Translations under genes and position numbers: made by a program
NCBI GenBank assembly: GCA_951406725.2
Contig: OX597817.1
Coordinates: 20,770,001-20,834,000, forward strand
Reading direction: 5' to 3'
DNA from: Octopus vulgaris
Lineage: Eukaryota
Length of the DNA: 64,000 nt
Shown here: piece by piece, positions 14,695-28,072 of the stretch
How the letters are laid out: the number at the start of each line of letters is the position of its first letter
How positions within the stretch are numbered: the stretch's first letter is position 1
Notes under the pieces: generated by a model
What the model saw: only the letters and a program-made list of their open reading frames with translations
Told to the model about the DNA's origin: nothing
Database searches by the model: none

Positions 14695-15225
14695 AGTACG
14701 GTCCGGAAGCAAAACGTCGAAGTCAGGTGTGGCACACAGCAAACTAAATGCAGTGGGAAAAAGCGAGAACGAGAAATAAAAATTAAAACCCATGCTTTGT
14801 TGCTCTTTTCACAGAAATAGAATCGTCAATAATGAATTCCTACCTCAAGGACAGATAATCAGCATTTTTACCGTGAAGCTCTTGAAAGGCTGCGAAAATG
14901 GATCGCTAGTGTGTGGTTAAATATCAAAGGCACCTGAATACTGCAACACGGCAATGCATCTTGTCACATGGCACTCTGGATTACAGAGATTTTTGGCATA
15001 AAAATGTACTCCTTCTTGTCCCTCAATCCCATATACGCCTAACCTGCGTCCTCTAAGGGCAACCTTTGGCATACTGGGAAACATAAAAATGGCTGTAACA
15101 GACTAGCTTCAAACCATTCCAGTTTCTGAGTTCTAATACTACAGTGACGAGTGGAAACGTTTTAATCGCTGTGTGGATTCCCAAGGAAACTACTTTCAAA
15201 GAGGCACAGTTGATTTGCAGTTTAA
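14695..15225 (+). mobile_element. Old mariner transposase fragment
   Basis: Frameshifted remnants PEAKRRSQVW, EFLPQGQ, YREALERLRK, LQHGNASCH, a PYSPDL-like segment and RCVDSQGNYF. Confidence 0.75.
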
Positions 15226-15419
15226 TTTTAAACTAGCGCGACTCATGAATATTTCGCGGAAGTAATGGTAAACATAATGCCTTACTTCTGAAAACTTCTC
15301 CTTCATATCTCTTCTATCTTCTTCCTCCCCTTCTCTTTTCGTCCTCCTCCCCTTCAACTAATCGCGTGGAAGCGATACTGCCGGTCTATATAACGGAAGA
15401 ACAATCAGAATTATTCTTT

Positions 15420-15593
15420 TCTAAACTAGACATTTTGGGGGAGTGGGTCAATCGATTACATTGTCCTCAGTACGCAACTGGTACTTAATCTATCTAGCGC
15501 GGACGGATGAAAGGCAAAGTAGACCTCGGCGGAATTTGAACTCATAACGTAAAGACAAACGAAACACCTCTAACGATATCTGCCAGCTCACCG
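15420..15593 (-). mobile_element. tRNA-SINE (second family, ggcggtgagctggcagaa head)
   Basis: Reverse complement of the family at 23174/23994, including the central gcctttcatcc...taagtaccag motif. Confidence 0.75.
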
Positions 15594-16974
15594 AATTAAT
15601 GAGCAGAATTATTATAAGTTAAATGTGTTTATTGAAAAAAAATATTATTTAATTTATAGACCTCGTACATGCAGGCGCGCACACACGCATGTGTATATAT
15701 TTGTAGATACGTCAATGAAGAGTTTTCAATTTGGTTAGGCCTAGATCGAATTTGTATTTTTTTGTTCAAATTCAGTAATATACTTGAAGCTTAATGAAGC
15801 TATAATCCATCAAGCAGAAGACTTTCATGCAGTGACATAGAATGATCGCTGCACTGTTCAAATATTTGGTTTACGGATGTTTAACGGGATTAATTGTCAA
15901 TATGTCATTGCAGACTGATAATCAAATCAAAAATTTTGTTAGTCGAAATATCAATGGAAGCAGATGACAAATAGCAATAAGATAATTGCCAATGAATTGA
16001 ATATGTTCCTCTTGTCAGTTTAGTAGCACTGCATTGTTCGTGATTGACATAATCCTGCTAAATCTACATCAAAACTCAACGGATTAGTCTTTGCATATCT
16101 TAAGACATACAATACTAAACAAAAAATTCTAGCGCATAAATAACAATATTTTTTTTACTTAATGTGCATCCCATTTAAGTTTCAACGCCGTGAGAATTCG
16201 AAACTTAGGTTCAGTCTAGACTCAGATGTACAGGACGTGAAATGAATGCCAGAAGACAGTCGTTAGTATTCAACACATCTGCGTTAGTATTCAAACAAAG
16301 AGTTATTTTGTAACCGAATCTTCTTGTAGACTTACAAATGAAATAAATTGTTACATTTTGTTTTTAACTTGAGCGGTGTATGATATAAGAAAAGGAAACA
16401 CGTTGTTCTGAAACAAAACATGAAATACTTCTTTCATTATATTACCATCTAATCAATCTCACTTTAGAGTATTTTCATTGAGAATTGAAATATATAGAAA
16501 TAGAAAAATAAACGAAGTGACATATTGTTCTCGCTATTTTTTTTTTCTTTCAGAACTGGTAGATGTTAATGACAATTTTTTTTTCCTTCTTCTGAAATCT
16601 AAGTAACATTTTAAGATAGCAAATATTTAAAACTTAATATAACAACGTTTACACCTCGAAGGTGTGATTGTCAATAATAAGATTGGAATAAAATGCGTTG
16701 TTATTATTGATATTTGCCCGTAAACAGTTTTAGATATAATATTGGTGTTGATTTTTACGTTGTTCACCAGTTCGTGTCATTGCTTACTGCCATGAATACT
16801 ATAAACTCTGTTGAAGTGTTCATCGAGAACATCTTCGAAAACAGTCTGTGTATGTATATTGAAACTATAAGCTTATAGTTAAGAATAATTAACGATATCC
16901 ATACCTGCACACAAACATACATGCATACACACATACAGAAATTCGCATGCACGCATAAACACACATACATATAT

Positions 16975-17110
16975 GTAGCGCGTGGTAAGAAGCTTGCTTC
17001 CGAACCACGTGTTCATGGTTCAACCAACTGCAGTCATCTACTGAAGTCACGGCCGACGAAGGCCTCGAGAGTGGATTTGTGTGACAGAAACTGAGAGGGC
17101 CGTCGAATAT
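16975..17110 (+). mobile_element. 5' half of the abundant octopus SINE
   Basis: gtggtaagaagcttgcttccgaaccac...gtggatttg...gaaactga; its (CATA)n tract is followed directly by the mariner. Confidence 0.7.
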
Positions 17111-17162
17111 ACATACATACATACAAACATATATGCATACATACATACATACCACTCATATA

Positions 17163-18451
17163 CAAGTGGGGCGTTCAATAAGTAATGCCCCTGACCCACT
17201 TCCCATAGCAGTAGAGCAACGAAACATGGCACAGCTATTAGTCTTTTTCTACATAGGAACCACCCAGAGATACGCATTTTTCCCTTCATTTGATGCGACT
17301 CTGGAGACCGTTTTTGTAGAAGAGCCCAGCTTGGTCCTCCAACCACGACTTGACTTCAGAAATCAAGGCTGCATCATCTGGGAAAGGCTTTCCTTTCAAA
17401 AACAACTTCATGGCTGGGAAGAGGTGAAAATCAGAGGGTGCAAGGTCAGGATAGTAGGGGGATGGGGGAGGAGTTCATAGCCGCACGCCTGTGCTTCTGA
17501 TCTGGCGACACGCGAGTTGTGAACTGGAGCGTTGTCCTGCAGGAGGAGGATGCCTTTGCTGATCTTACCCCGCTTCTTGATTTTGATAGCTTCTCTTAAT
17601 TTCCTCAAAAGTGAAGCATATTAGGCTCCTGTAATTGTGGTACCCTTTGCCAGAAAATATGTCGTCACTACTCCGTCCTGGTCCCAGAAGACTGTGAGCA
17701 TGACCTTGCCAGCGGAGGGCTGCACCCTTGCCTTCTTTGGAGGAGGTCATGGTGCTTCCACTGCATTGACTGGGCTTTGGTCTCTGGATCATAGCGATGG
17801 ACCCAGGTTTCATCCTGTGTAATAAGTCTTTTGAAAAATTTGGACTCATCTTCTTGGCACATCTCCAAATTCACCCTCGAGCACTCGACGCGTTCTTGCT
17901 TCTGGAAAGGTGTGAGCAACTTGGAAATCCACCTGGCAGACACCTTTTGCATATGCAAATGGTCATGAATGATAGTTTCCACTGACCCGGTACTAATCTT
18001 GACCTCATGGGCTATTTGGCGAATAGTTATGCGTCGATCTTCCTATATGGCAGCCTCAACTTGACGGACGGATGCCTCATCAATGGCAGAAGGGGAACGA
18101 CCAGATCTGTGAGCTGTTTCCACAGAGTTCCGACCATGTTTGAATTCACGATGCCAGCGTTTTACAAGGTCATATGATGGGGCATCATCACCATAAGTTA
18201 CTTTCATTTCATCAAAAGTCTCCCGTGGTGTGCGTCCTTTCAAATACAAAAACAGGATCATTGCTCGACACTCAACAGGCTCCATTTCACACTTGACTCA
18301 GTTCAAACACCTGTAAATCAGAAACCACAATTAGTTAGAGCTGTAATTTGCCACTTAATCTATAGAGATATCAATCATTGCACATGCAAAATTTCAGCTA
18401 GATCAAACAACTGCAAGTGGGTCAGGAGCATTACTCATTGAACGTCCCTAG
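17163..18451 (-). mobile_element. Full-length mariner (Tc1/mariner) DNA transposon, inactivated transposase
   Basis: ~38-bp TIRs (ggggcgttcaataagtaatgcccctgacccactt / aagtgggtcaggagcattactcattgaacgtccc), TA on both sides; minus-strand transposase from ATG 18285 split over several ORFs: HTH (VKRWHREFKHG), ARWISKLLT, ITQDETWV, LQDNAPVH, LLPHPP. Confidence 0.95.
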
Positions 18452-18472
18452 TATATATATATATATATGATT

Positions 18473-18957
18473 TACAAATTAGCACGAAGCCTAAGCATGC
18501 AGAAAAGCATCAACCTGCTAGAATTAAGAGGTAAAGTCTTAATTAAACCACCGTAAAGCACATATATAAAACAAAAACAGTAGGTGAGGAAATATTCAAA
18601 AGCACAACTATATAAGACAGTGCAGTTCAGGACATCAACATACCCGGGTTTCCGTTTTTGGAAATGTTAACCTTGATCCACTTTAGTACTATTACTAGTA
18701 CACTAACGGCATATAACTTGATGGTATTGAAAATTTCCTAGAAGGTCTAAACTAAAGTGACTCAAGGATGTATTTAGATGTCCTAAACCTGCATAATCTT
18801 TCATAATCTTTTTTGAATGTATTACTTCTTTCCGTTTCTTCACTTACTGTTGTTCCTCTGTTATCTCGTAGTTTTACGGTGATGTAATTAAGAGTTTAGC
18901 TCTTATTTCTAACAGGTTGATGTTTGTTTGCATCCTTACGCTTCGTGCTAATTTGCA
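18473..18957. repeat. Fold-back element with ~85-bp imperfect terminal inverted repeats
   Basis: caaattagcacgaagc...caccgtaaa (18473-18557) is the reverse complement of tttacggtg...gcttcgtgctaatttg (18873-18957). Confidence 0.8.
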
Positions 18958-19299
18958 ATTTAAAGCTAAATAATCCTTTTTTGTCTGCGAACCACCTATG
19001 TTACTACTGTTGATACCATCAACTTTCATTTTTATCTACAGATGATATTATCAATAGTAACATTTTATTTCAAATCTTAGCGTTTAAATGTTTTGTTTAT
19101 AAATATTCCTGCAACTTGTGCTGTGCCTTTGACGCTAAAACAGAGCCATTTTGAATATACGATGACATGTGATTTTGTCTCCAGATACACTAACATTAAA
19201 AATGGAACTGGAATAGTAGCACGTTTCGACGTTTCAAACGTGCAACAAAATAATTACTGCCTTTGTTTTTGGTTGTGTGGAATTGGAACAACTCTATAA

Positions 19300-20420
19300 T
19301 TCTTGAAAACGCGAGTGGAATTGTTGCACACTGTTATTATATATTGTTATAGATCTCCCCGTACGTGTGAAGCAAGATTCGTTAAATTGTTGAATTGTTA
19401 AATCGTTGAATTTTGACGCTGTTTTTGCCTGTTTTGGAGATTTTTCCATCCCCAGTTATGGGTGAAATGATGAAAGAAGTTGAAATGGAGTGTGGCGCAA
19501 GTTATGCATCTGCAACTACAGCAGGTATTCCGACCAACACCCTTAAAGTTTACGAGATAAAAATAGACACAAAGGAATGGAAAAAAGAAAGCAAATTGTT
19601 ACAAAAGGAAGGGGCCAATTTAAAACCGACCCCACCAGAAGTGATGAAGAATGTAGCAAGGAAAACGGTTGTCTTCAGGACGTTATCAAACGTTACCAAA
19701 ATAAAATAGAAATTGCCCAACTAGCAGCAATTGAGGAATGTCTACGTGACGTGAAAGGACTAACCACCTTCTATATGCGTGGAAGAAAATTCGGCACAGT
19801 GGAGGTTAGGTTCTCCAGCAAGGAGGACCTTATTAAGTACTCCACTGAACCAATAAGGTCACAAGACTGAGTGTTGCTGCCGATGTATTGTGTTGCCAGA
19901 GTGGGAGTTCCCTCCGAGATCGAAGAGGCATGGCTGGTGACAACAGTCATGCACGGAATGGGGGAAGGTGCCAGGATCCGAAGATAACAAGAACGAAGAA
20001 AGTTAATTGCCGGGGTTACGGCCTAAAGATGGTGGTTCATTTTCGGTTAAAGGACCTACTCGGAATTGTAGAAGAGATTCTTCTACTAGAAGACATTACG
20101 TTAAGAGTAGTGTTGGAGTGAAGACCTCCAACATGTTTTCTATGTAAACAGAGAGGGCACATAGAAGCAAGGTGTCCGGGTCCTGACCATAAACAAGTAA
20201 ATGGGAATAAGAAAAAGTGACATGTGGTAACATATGTGAAAAGCACCGCCATAGAGCGGAAAATGACGAAGTTTAAAGGTGCCATAAGAATTAAACTGTC
20301 AACCCGGAACGCAACAAAGGTTGGTGATTGATAAGGAAAGGTATAGAAGATTAAAAGAACTATTCGGAGATGAGGTAAATCTTTTTGGGGAAGAATTTGA
20401 ATTTGAAGAACTCGCAAAAG
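19300..20420 (+). mobile_element. L1/Tx1-type LINE ORF1 (gag-like) remnant
   Basis: Frameshifted ORF1 ending LRVVLE*RPPT-CFLCKQRGHIEARC-P (CX2CX4HX4C zinc knuckle, 20134-20175); similar to the element at 39156-41350. Boundaries approximate. Confidence 0.75.
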
Positions 20421-22669
20421 TAGTTAAATACGAAGGGTTAATACCCTTAATGAATGGTAATTAAAATATTAAAATATATTAAAATATTTCACAACAGTAC
20501 ATACTCATACTAAACTATTATTATACATATATATACATCAACATACACAGATAGATGTGCGCAGACCGCATACATATACATACATATAAATGCAAAACGA
20601 AAATATACACATAAATGCATGTACACATATGTATACGCAATCTAGCTCGCATGCAAAAATCACTTGTATCCATATAGACTATAAGCAAAATTCATAGATG
20701 GGGAAGTGGCGCTCTTGTTTGCAACAGAAAGCTAAAGACGTAAGTAAGGGAGGGGGAGGGGAACTTAAAATTACAGGGCTCTATACAAGTAACGAATAGG
20801 GAGAGAAAAAAAACGAAAGAAAGGAAGAGAGAGAAAAAAAGAAAAGGAAAAAAGAAAAGGAAAGAAGAAAAAATAATAACATTCTGACTATACGCGACGA
20901 ATGTTTGTATACAAATTATGTAAGCAGTAAATACACATATACGGACACATATATAGAGACGTCTTTAGCACTCTCCTATTTACATATTATTTACTTCATT
21001 ACATGCCCTTTTACAAATATTCAATAGTTTCAGTTATTATCTGCCATCTATATTTCATTCTTCTTGGATAGAAACGACCAGTTCGTTCGAGAATATATCA
21101 TTTATAATTATTTTAACGTATGAGTAATATAATCGAAATAAAAGCATTTATCAATAAATCTAAATAATTTTCAAATAATTATTTTCCTTATTTGATTGTA
21201 TTTTAATGTAATTAATTTAATTCTTTAACAGAACTATTAAAGATTAGAATTAAATCTTCTCTATTATTTTAATTGTTGCTTTTTTCATTAATTTCCATTT
21301 TTTTTATATTAATATATATTTGTGTTATATATTAACCTATAGTTGTAATAAACTTTATGGTGGCGCTAATTTCGTAAACATAAAATGCAAAAGAGTAATC
21401 CTAATTTATTACTGTAATACGTGATCCACAGCGACTGAAGATTAGCAATTTATTTTTAATATTCTCATTAGTCTTTAATTGTAAATCAGTTGACGAAATT
21501 TTTCATTTGGAAAAGAAGAATCATAATTACTTGAATCGAAACATCCGTAACATAATGCGTAGCATATATTGATGTTTAATAAAAGAAGCTTGACGTGGAA
21601 AAAATATCTGAACAAGAGTTGGATCATGAAAGAAATAATATTCTATATTTCTTCAGAACGCTCCTATTTTTACCGAATTCAGAATCGCCTATTATTTTTG
21701 TTAATAATTATGCGTTTTTCCCTTTTATCTTTGAACAATTCCTGCAACAATTTGGGCGGTTCCCTAGAGCATACAGCAGAGGTGATTGTGAACATTTGCT
21801 TACTGCTTTTTCTCCAGAGGGGACGAACATGATTGCTTTCAACTTCATGCATGTTCTCAACTAAATCTAGGATTTCCTTTCCGAGAGGGAGCTGAAGGTG
21901 AAGTGAAATTGAATATATTTAATGGTGGTTTAGGGAATACGCTGCGTATGTCTTCACCAGCGCAAACCTCTCTCACCATGAACCTGGTAAACACGGGCGT
22001 GAGCAAATGCTTTGGGTCCTCTAGGTTTCGTGTTTGACCCACAGTGCTTCTTTATGACTTCGGATATTTTATTATCTGCTCTTAATTATAGAACTCGTGG
22101 CTGGTTTCACATAGAATCTCTACGTTGTGTTTAAAACGATTGCTCTTACTGCTTTTCGCGATGATATCTAGACAGCTTGCTTCAACAATATAGTCACTCT
22201 CCACGGAGCAATTCTGGGAAATTTGAATATAATCCACATTAAATCACAAATTTGTCTAGAATTCTATCGCACCATTTTATTGCAAAATATACTTGCATTA
22301 CATCTCACTCTTTACTAACATGCCCCATTTACATAGCAGATAGTTATTGCTTACGTTCAAGTTCCTAATCAAGCAGAGCTTGACATACGTCTGAGATTTT
22401 AAAAACTTTCAACGGCAAATGTTTGTCAATATTGAATTCGTTCATATGGTTTGTCCCTCAATGGTTATAATTGGCAATTCAGTTTGTCATGTCTAATTTA
22501 TAGCTTTCGGCCACAAGCATCATTCTTGATATCCAACGTTCCCGATCTGTCTCATTAAAGGGCCAATTAATTCTTCATAATTCTGTATTTTGGTCATGTG
22601 CTTCTTCATTTTCTTTAAGGAATGCGTTCAGTTCTCCATTAACTTGTACCGCTCTTCCTCTTCGTCCCC

Positions 22670-22875
22670 TTCGTCATCGTGGTCGTGGTCCTACAGCTCT
22701 TCCTCCACCACCTGTACCACCACCTCCTTCACCTCCTCCACCACCTCTACCTTCACCATCTTCTCCTCCACCTCTTCCCCTTACACCTCCTCCTACCGCT
22801 GCTGCCGCCGCTGCTGCTGCTGTTACTACTACTGCTACTGCGAATTATGCTGCTGCAAATACTACTACTACTACA

Positions 22876-22922
<47 letters not shown>

Positions 22923-22934
22923 AACTACTAATTT

Positions 22935-22970
<36 letters not shown>

Positions 22971-23040
22971 TACTACTACAGCTACTAATTTTACTACTAC
23001 TACTACTACTTCTACTACTACTGCGAATTATGCTGCTGCA

Positions 23041-23071
<31 letters not shown>

Positions 23072-23165
23072 ATACTACTACTATGACTACTGCGAATTAT
23101 GCTGCTGCAACTACTACTACTACTACTGATGCTACTGTTTGTACTCCTTCTGTGACTACAACTAC
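22670..23165. repeat. Compound trinucleotide microsatellite (CCT/CTG/CTA) with a higher-order unit
   Basis: (TAC)n arrays interrupted three times by ctgcgaattatgctgctgcaa. Confidence 0.9.
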
Positions 23166-23173
23166 TTATCATT

Positions 23174-23335
23174 AAGGTGGTGAGCTAGCAGAAGCGTTAC
23201 ACTGGACAAAATGCTTAGAGGCATTTCACCGTTTTTATATTCTGAGGCTGAATTTCAGCCAATATCGGTTCTGCCTTTTCTCTTTTTCAGAATCGATAAC
23301 TTAAGTACCTGTCAATCTCTAGCGTCAATGAGGTC
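23174..23335 (+). mobile_element. tRNA-SINE (second family)
   Basis: aaggtggtgagctagcagaagcgtta...gataacttaagtacc directly after a trinucleotide tract. Confidence 0.7.
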
Positions 23336-23751
23336 CATTCCTCCAAGGTGGGTGCTACCGGTTCGAGATAAACGCTACAGGCACGGATCGGTTATCAGAT
23401 GGGCTTGTCTGAGGTGCGCACAGAGTAACGATAGCATTCTACAGCAGTCGTTCAATATATCCACACATATATACATCCCTTCCTTCTCATTGTATACCGT
23501 GTATACTTACATTTGTTGCCTTCTATCAGGAGCACTACATCTCTATATCCCTATCATCGTCTCACCCGCACTATTTAACATTTGTATATTATGTATATAT
23601 CACTTCCTTTTCATTGTATACCGTGTATAATTACGTTTGTATGTTTTAAAAAAAAAATTTGTCATTATATTTAAACTCCACACTTTATGTCGGTCTTTGT
23701 ATTGATACCATCATTCTTCACCCTAGTGGTGCATACCTAAAATCATTATTA

Positions 23752-23913
23752 TCTTCTTCTTCTTCTTCTTCTTCTTCTTCTTCTTCTTCTTCTTCTTCTT
23801 CTTCTTCTTCTTCTTCTTCTTCTTCTTCTTCTTCTCTTCTTCTTCTTCTTCTTCTTATTATTATCTTCTTCTTCTTATTATTCTTCTTCTTATTATTATT
23901 ATTATTCTTATTC

Positions 23914-23993
<80 letters not shown>
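23752..23993. repeat. (TCT)n/(TTA)n microsatellite
   Basis: Direct inspection. Confidence 0.95.
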
Positions 23994-23995
<2 letters not shown>

Positions 23996-24208
23996 GGCGG
24001 TGAGCTGGCAGAATCGTTAGCACGTTGGACGAAATGCTATGCGTATTTTACCAGTCACTGCGTTCTGAGATCAAATTTCACCGGAAGTCAACTTTTCCTT
24101 TTATCCTTTCGGGGTCGATAAAATAAATATTAGCTGGACACTGCGTTCGGTTAATCGACATATCTCCACCTGCTCCAAGAGCAACCCTTGTGGCAATAAT
24201 TTGAAATA
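23994..24208 (+). mobile_element. tRNA-SINE (second family)
   Basis: aaggcggtgagctggcagaatcgttagc...atcctttcggggtcgataaa; embedded between (TTA)n and (AAT)n. Confidence 0.8.
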
Positions 24209-24270
24209 GTAATAATAATAATAATAATAACAATAATAATAATGATAATTATAGTAATTAATAATAATAA

Positions 24271-25500
24271 CACCGAAGATTCAGTAGGGCTGTTAACAAC
24301 TGTTAAACATTTCAGCAATGACATTGGAATGCACTCTGGACTTGATAAATGTGCTAAAGCAACTTTTGTAAGAGGCTAGCTCAATCAAAAAGCTTCCATT
24401 AAATTAGATAACGACGCTACCATCAAGGAGCGTCACCCGCAAGAAAATACATATACTTGGTGGGTAAATGAAGGAGATGGTATACAACATGCTACTATGA
24501 AGGAAAAAATATTGAAAGAATATTACAGGAGAATAAGTCTCATACTAAAAACTGAACTCATTTCTAAAACTCGCATTGGAGCCATTAACACTCTGGCACT
24601 TCCAATAGTGGAGTATTGTTTTAACATCATTAACTGGATTCTTACAGGGCTCAAACGCCTCGTCAGAAAGACAAGAAAAAGGGGAAATCCTAAGAACATG
24701 CACCACCTAAAAGCAGATGTTGATCGTATGTATCTACCTACAAGTGAGGGGTGGGGAGAAATGAAGCAGGCAAACAGTGCTAAAAGACCTCCACAATAGT
24801 AATGAACGGGTGCTTATCTAATACAGAGGACTGGACACGACGACTTGTGTGCAAACATAAAAGCAGTACAATATCATAATGTCAAGGAAGATGGAAATTC
24901 GGAAAGGAACTTGGAATTAATCTTGAAATGGTTAAAGAACCTGAAACAACTGTCCAAAACTAGCGAAATGGATCAAGCAGACTGCAAAAAAGAACGGTTA
25001 GAAACAAATTGAGGAGCGATGGACCCATAGGCCTCTGCATGAACAATATATTCTTCGAAGTCGAAATGCTGATGAAGATCACGCAACAACCCCTTTCAGT
25101 AGCTCAGAAGTTCAGGATTTAAAGCAGAAACTGGAGGTTTCATACTGACACGATACCCAAGCTCACAAAAAATCTAACAGACTAACATTCTTCGAAATTG
25201 TTCTAACCCTAAATGCACATTCCGCAACACCCTTGACGGAATAATGGACCATCTCGACACGGGTTATTCTGTGCTGTCACCAAACGAATATAAATATTGC
25301 CACCATAGCGTAGGACAGTATTTACATTGGAAAGTATGTAAACACAACGAAATCAGTAAATATTGAGCCAGTCGTTGAAGGTAACAATGTCACCCAGGGA
25401 TTTCCTAGTTAACACTGACAGAACGATCCAAGCTAATCGACCATATATAATTTTTAAAGACAGAGAACACAAATACTTGTAGATTAATAGAAATAAATTC
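24271..25500 (+). mobile_element. R4/Dong-clade LINE, 5'-truncated, decayed RT C-terminus
   Basis: FSNDIGMHSGLDKCAK, KEYYRRISLILKTEL..AINTLALP, MHHLKADVDRMYLP; begins right after (AAT)n, the type of site Dong elements target. Confidence 0.85.
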
Positions 25501-25589
25501 CTTGGGGAAATTTCGAACTTGGGTTCTAATTCCTAAAGTATTTTTCGATGTGAGCGCTGTGAAACGAAGATAACTTCTACCGTAATCCG

Positions 25590-26940
25590 GCATGCCGTTG
25601 TCGCTGCAATGCACAGAGGCATCTCGGTGGTCAAAATTAATGGCTACCTCTCAGAGTCGTTTCAGATCTCCCGAGCGATCCGTCAGGTGTGTCATCTCTC
25701 CTCCCTTTTGTACATATTAACAATTGAGCCTTTACTGTGGAAGCTGGGGCTGTTGCAGTGCATTTCACACGAAAGGGTACGCGGTAGGACTCTGTCGGCG
25801 TATGCGGACATCACAGCGATGGTGTCGGACATCTCGGATATCATTGGATGAAGAGAAAATTTGATGGGAGCGAAACCTAACTGGGAAAAGTCGCTATTCA
25901 CCTGGAGAAGCAAGTCTATGCCGTCCAAAAGCGTCGTTTGGCTCTGGAAGGACGGGCCGGTAATGTTGCATGGTGTTTTAGTTAGGACCAGATCTGCAGG
26001 TGGATAGAAACTGGTGAGGTGACGAGCAGGTTAGTCAGTCTTCCCCCAAAATGGGCTGCGTGGTATCTGTCACTGAAAGGCCGGACGGAGGTGGCGAATG
26101 GGTACATCACATCCGTCATCTACAACAGCTTGACCGTCCCGCCTTGCATTGTTCGCACCCTGTCAAGTTGGAGCGCCTCCTTTTCAAATTATTGTGAAGG
26201 AGACAGGTTCCATTGATGAGGCAGTCCATTTTCTGCCAGCACCTTCAACGCGGAGGACTGCGCATGTCATGGCCAATTATGCGTAGACAAGCGCTAAGTC
26301 TGCGGGATCTCCAGTTATTCTGCTTAAACAGTGAATAGGTGTGGTCACCGTTTGCTCCACGGTTTGCTCCAGCTCGTCTCCTTGACAGAGCTGCAGTCTT
26401 AGGTCAAGAAGAGACCCACACAGGGTGAGTAGCATCTGGAATGTTGCCAGGGACTCACTGCCCTCTACCAGGAGGCCAATGCAGTCAGTGGAACATTCAC
26501 TCTCAAGTATTATAGAGGGTTAGCAGAGGGAAAGTGTGATGACCCACTCGGAGAGGCTTTCGGCGTCGATGAATTCGAACGGACCAGTCTGGGATAACAT
26601 CCAGAAATCTCTCGCTTAGCAGTGCTACCAGATAGGGAGCACTACACGTTCGAGATAAATTATACTGGTAGAGAGGTGCTGTCGGAAGGACCTGACAGAG
26701 ATACGCGCATTGATGAAGGCGCTCTGGACGCACTTGTCCAGACTCAGTGCATTACTGACTTATGCAGTTTGTCGAACAGCTATTGTTGCATGTAGGATGG
26801 ATCCGGCTATCGACCAAGACCAAAGTGATGAACGACCGGTCGCCTCACTTTGGCCAGGTAGGGCAGGCAATTTACCTCTGTCTAGTGGCACTAGAGAAAG
26901 AGGATGTATGGTGGATCAGTAATATGGATACACTTTTTGT
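25590..26940 (+). mobile_element. L1/Tx1-clade LINE ORF2 reverse-transcriptase fragment
   Basis: VKINGYLSESFQISRAIRQVCHLSSLLYILTIEPL (RQGCPLSP-like), SAYADIT (YADD-like), LSLKGRTEVAN; many stops. Confidence 0.85.
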
Positions 26941-26989
26941 ACTCGGAATGATCTCAGAGTCCCAGAAATCCCCTGTACAGTGCTGTCAT

Positions 26990-27400
26990 GTTATTAATGT
27001 GCGCATATGGATTTGCAGATCACGCACCGACTTCACATCTGGTATTGCAATACGTACCGGTCCTGCATATTGATAGCAGTTCATTTGCGGGCGATATATC
27101 ATTTCTTGAAACTTGTCAGCATTGAACAGTGTATTATCGTCTTCAACCCACTTTTTGTGCTTACATTTCTCCATATCCATAGAATCCTTAATTGAATGTG
27201 ATACTTTGATACATTGGTATCACCAGAATAGTTAGTGTGAGATGCTGCTTTATGACTGAAGGCAATTCTGACTGAACTACTTTGAAAAGTAGTGGTTCCA
27301 GTACAGTTCCCTGATTGAAGGACTCCACTTATTATTCATGCCTCCTCGGAGATAATATCACTGGATACGACAGCCTCATTCCCATCTTGTCATGCAAATA
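26990..27400 (-). mobile_element. CR1/L2-group LINE RT fragment
   Basis: Minus strand QGTVLEP (PQGTVLGP-like), KWVEDDNTLFNADKFQ, VRDLQIHM. Confidence 0.65.
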
Positions 27401-28021
27401 TTCTCCCACCCCTCCCAGAAATTTGCAACTTGAAAGCAAAATATAGAAAAGTATTTGCTGTGGTTTTGCGAAAGGTTTCTTACATCTGTTTGAAAGAAAA
27501 TCTTCAAAGCATCTGGGTGCGCCGGCGAGTTGGAATTCCTCTCATCATTGGCTCATATAATATGCTTTTCTTTTACATCGAAGCAGCAGATTGTTGTTTC
27601 TGTCCTATGTGGATATATTTCTATGTTAATGTCATTCTCAGGGAATTATTCTGATGATAATGAGAATGAACGTTAGTACATTATTTTACCAACTCTCCTG
27701 TTCTTACTCATCCAATGTAAGATCCCATGCACTTCATGGGTTGCAGTGCACAAGAATGCATATTCAGTATTGTATTCATTTTGCGTATTAGGTTTCAATA
27801 CATGTTGATCATTTTCAAAAGCAATTATTTGTAGGAGAATCATTTTACAATTCATTCAGCGTAGCCGGTAGAATGTTACTCGGTATGAAATATTGTTGGC
27901 AATATAAATTATATACAGTTGTGTTACAGGTACTCACATGCACTTACATCCTCACGCATACACATCAGTGCACATACACACACACGCGCACGCACATGCA
28001 TATGTGTGTGTGTGCATGATG

Positions 28022-28072
<51 letters not shown>

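Noticed and set aside
21569-22620. Non-repetitive stretch with several 60-90 aa ORFs
   Set aside because: No recognisable motif or splice pattern on either strand; left uncalled.
22590-24023. Poly-Leu, poly-Ser, poly-Asn and poly-Glu ORFs that look like membrane or low-complexity proteins
   Set aside because: Trinucleotide microsatellites open in several frames on both strands; the same applies to 62409-62802.
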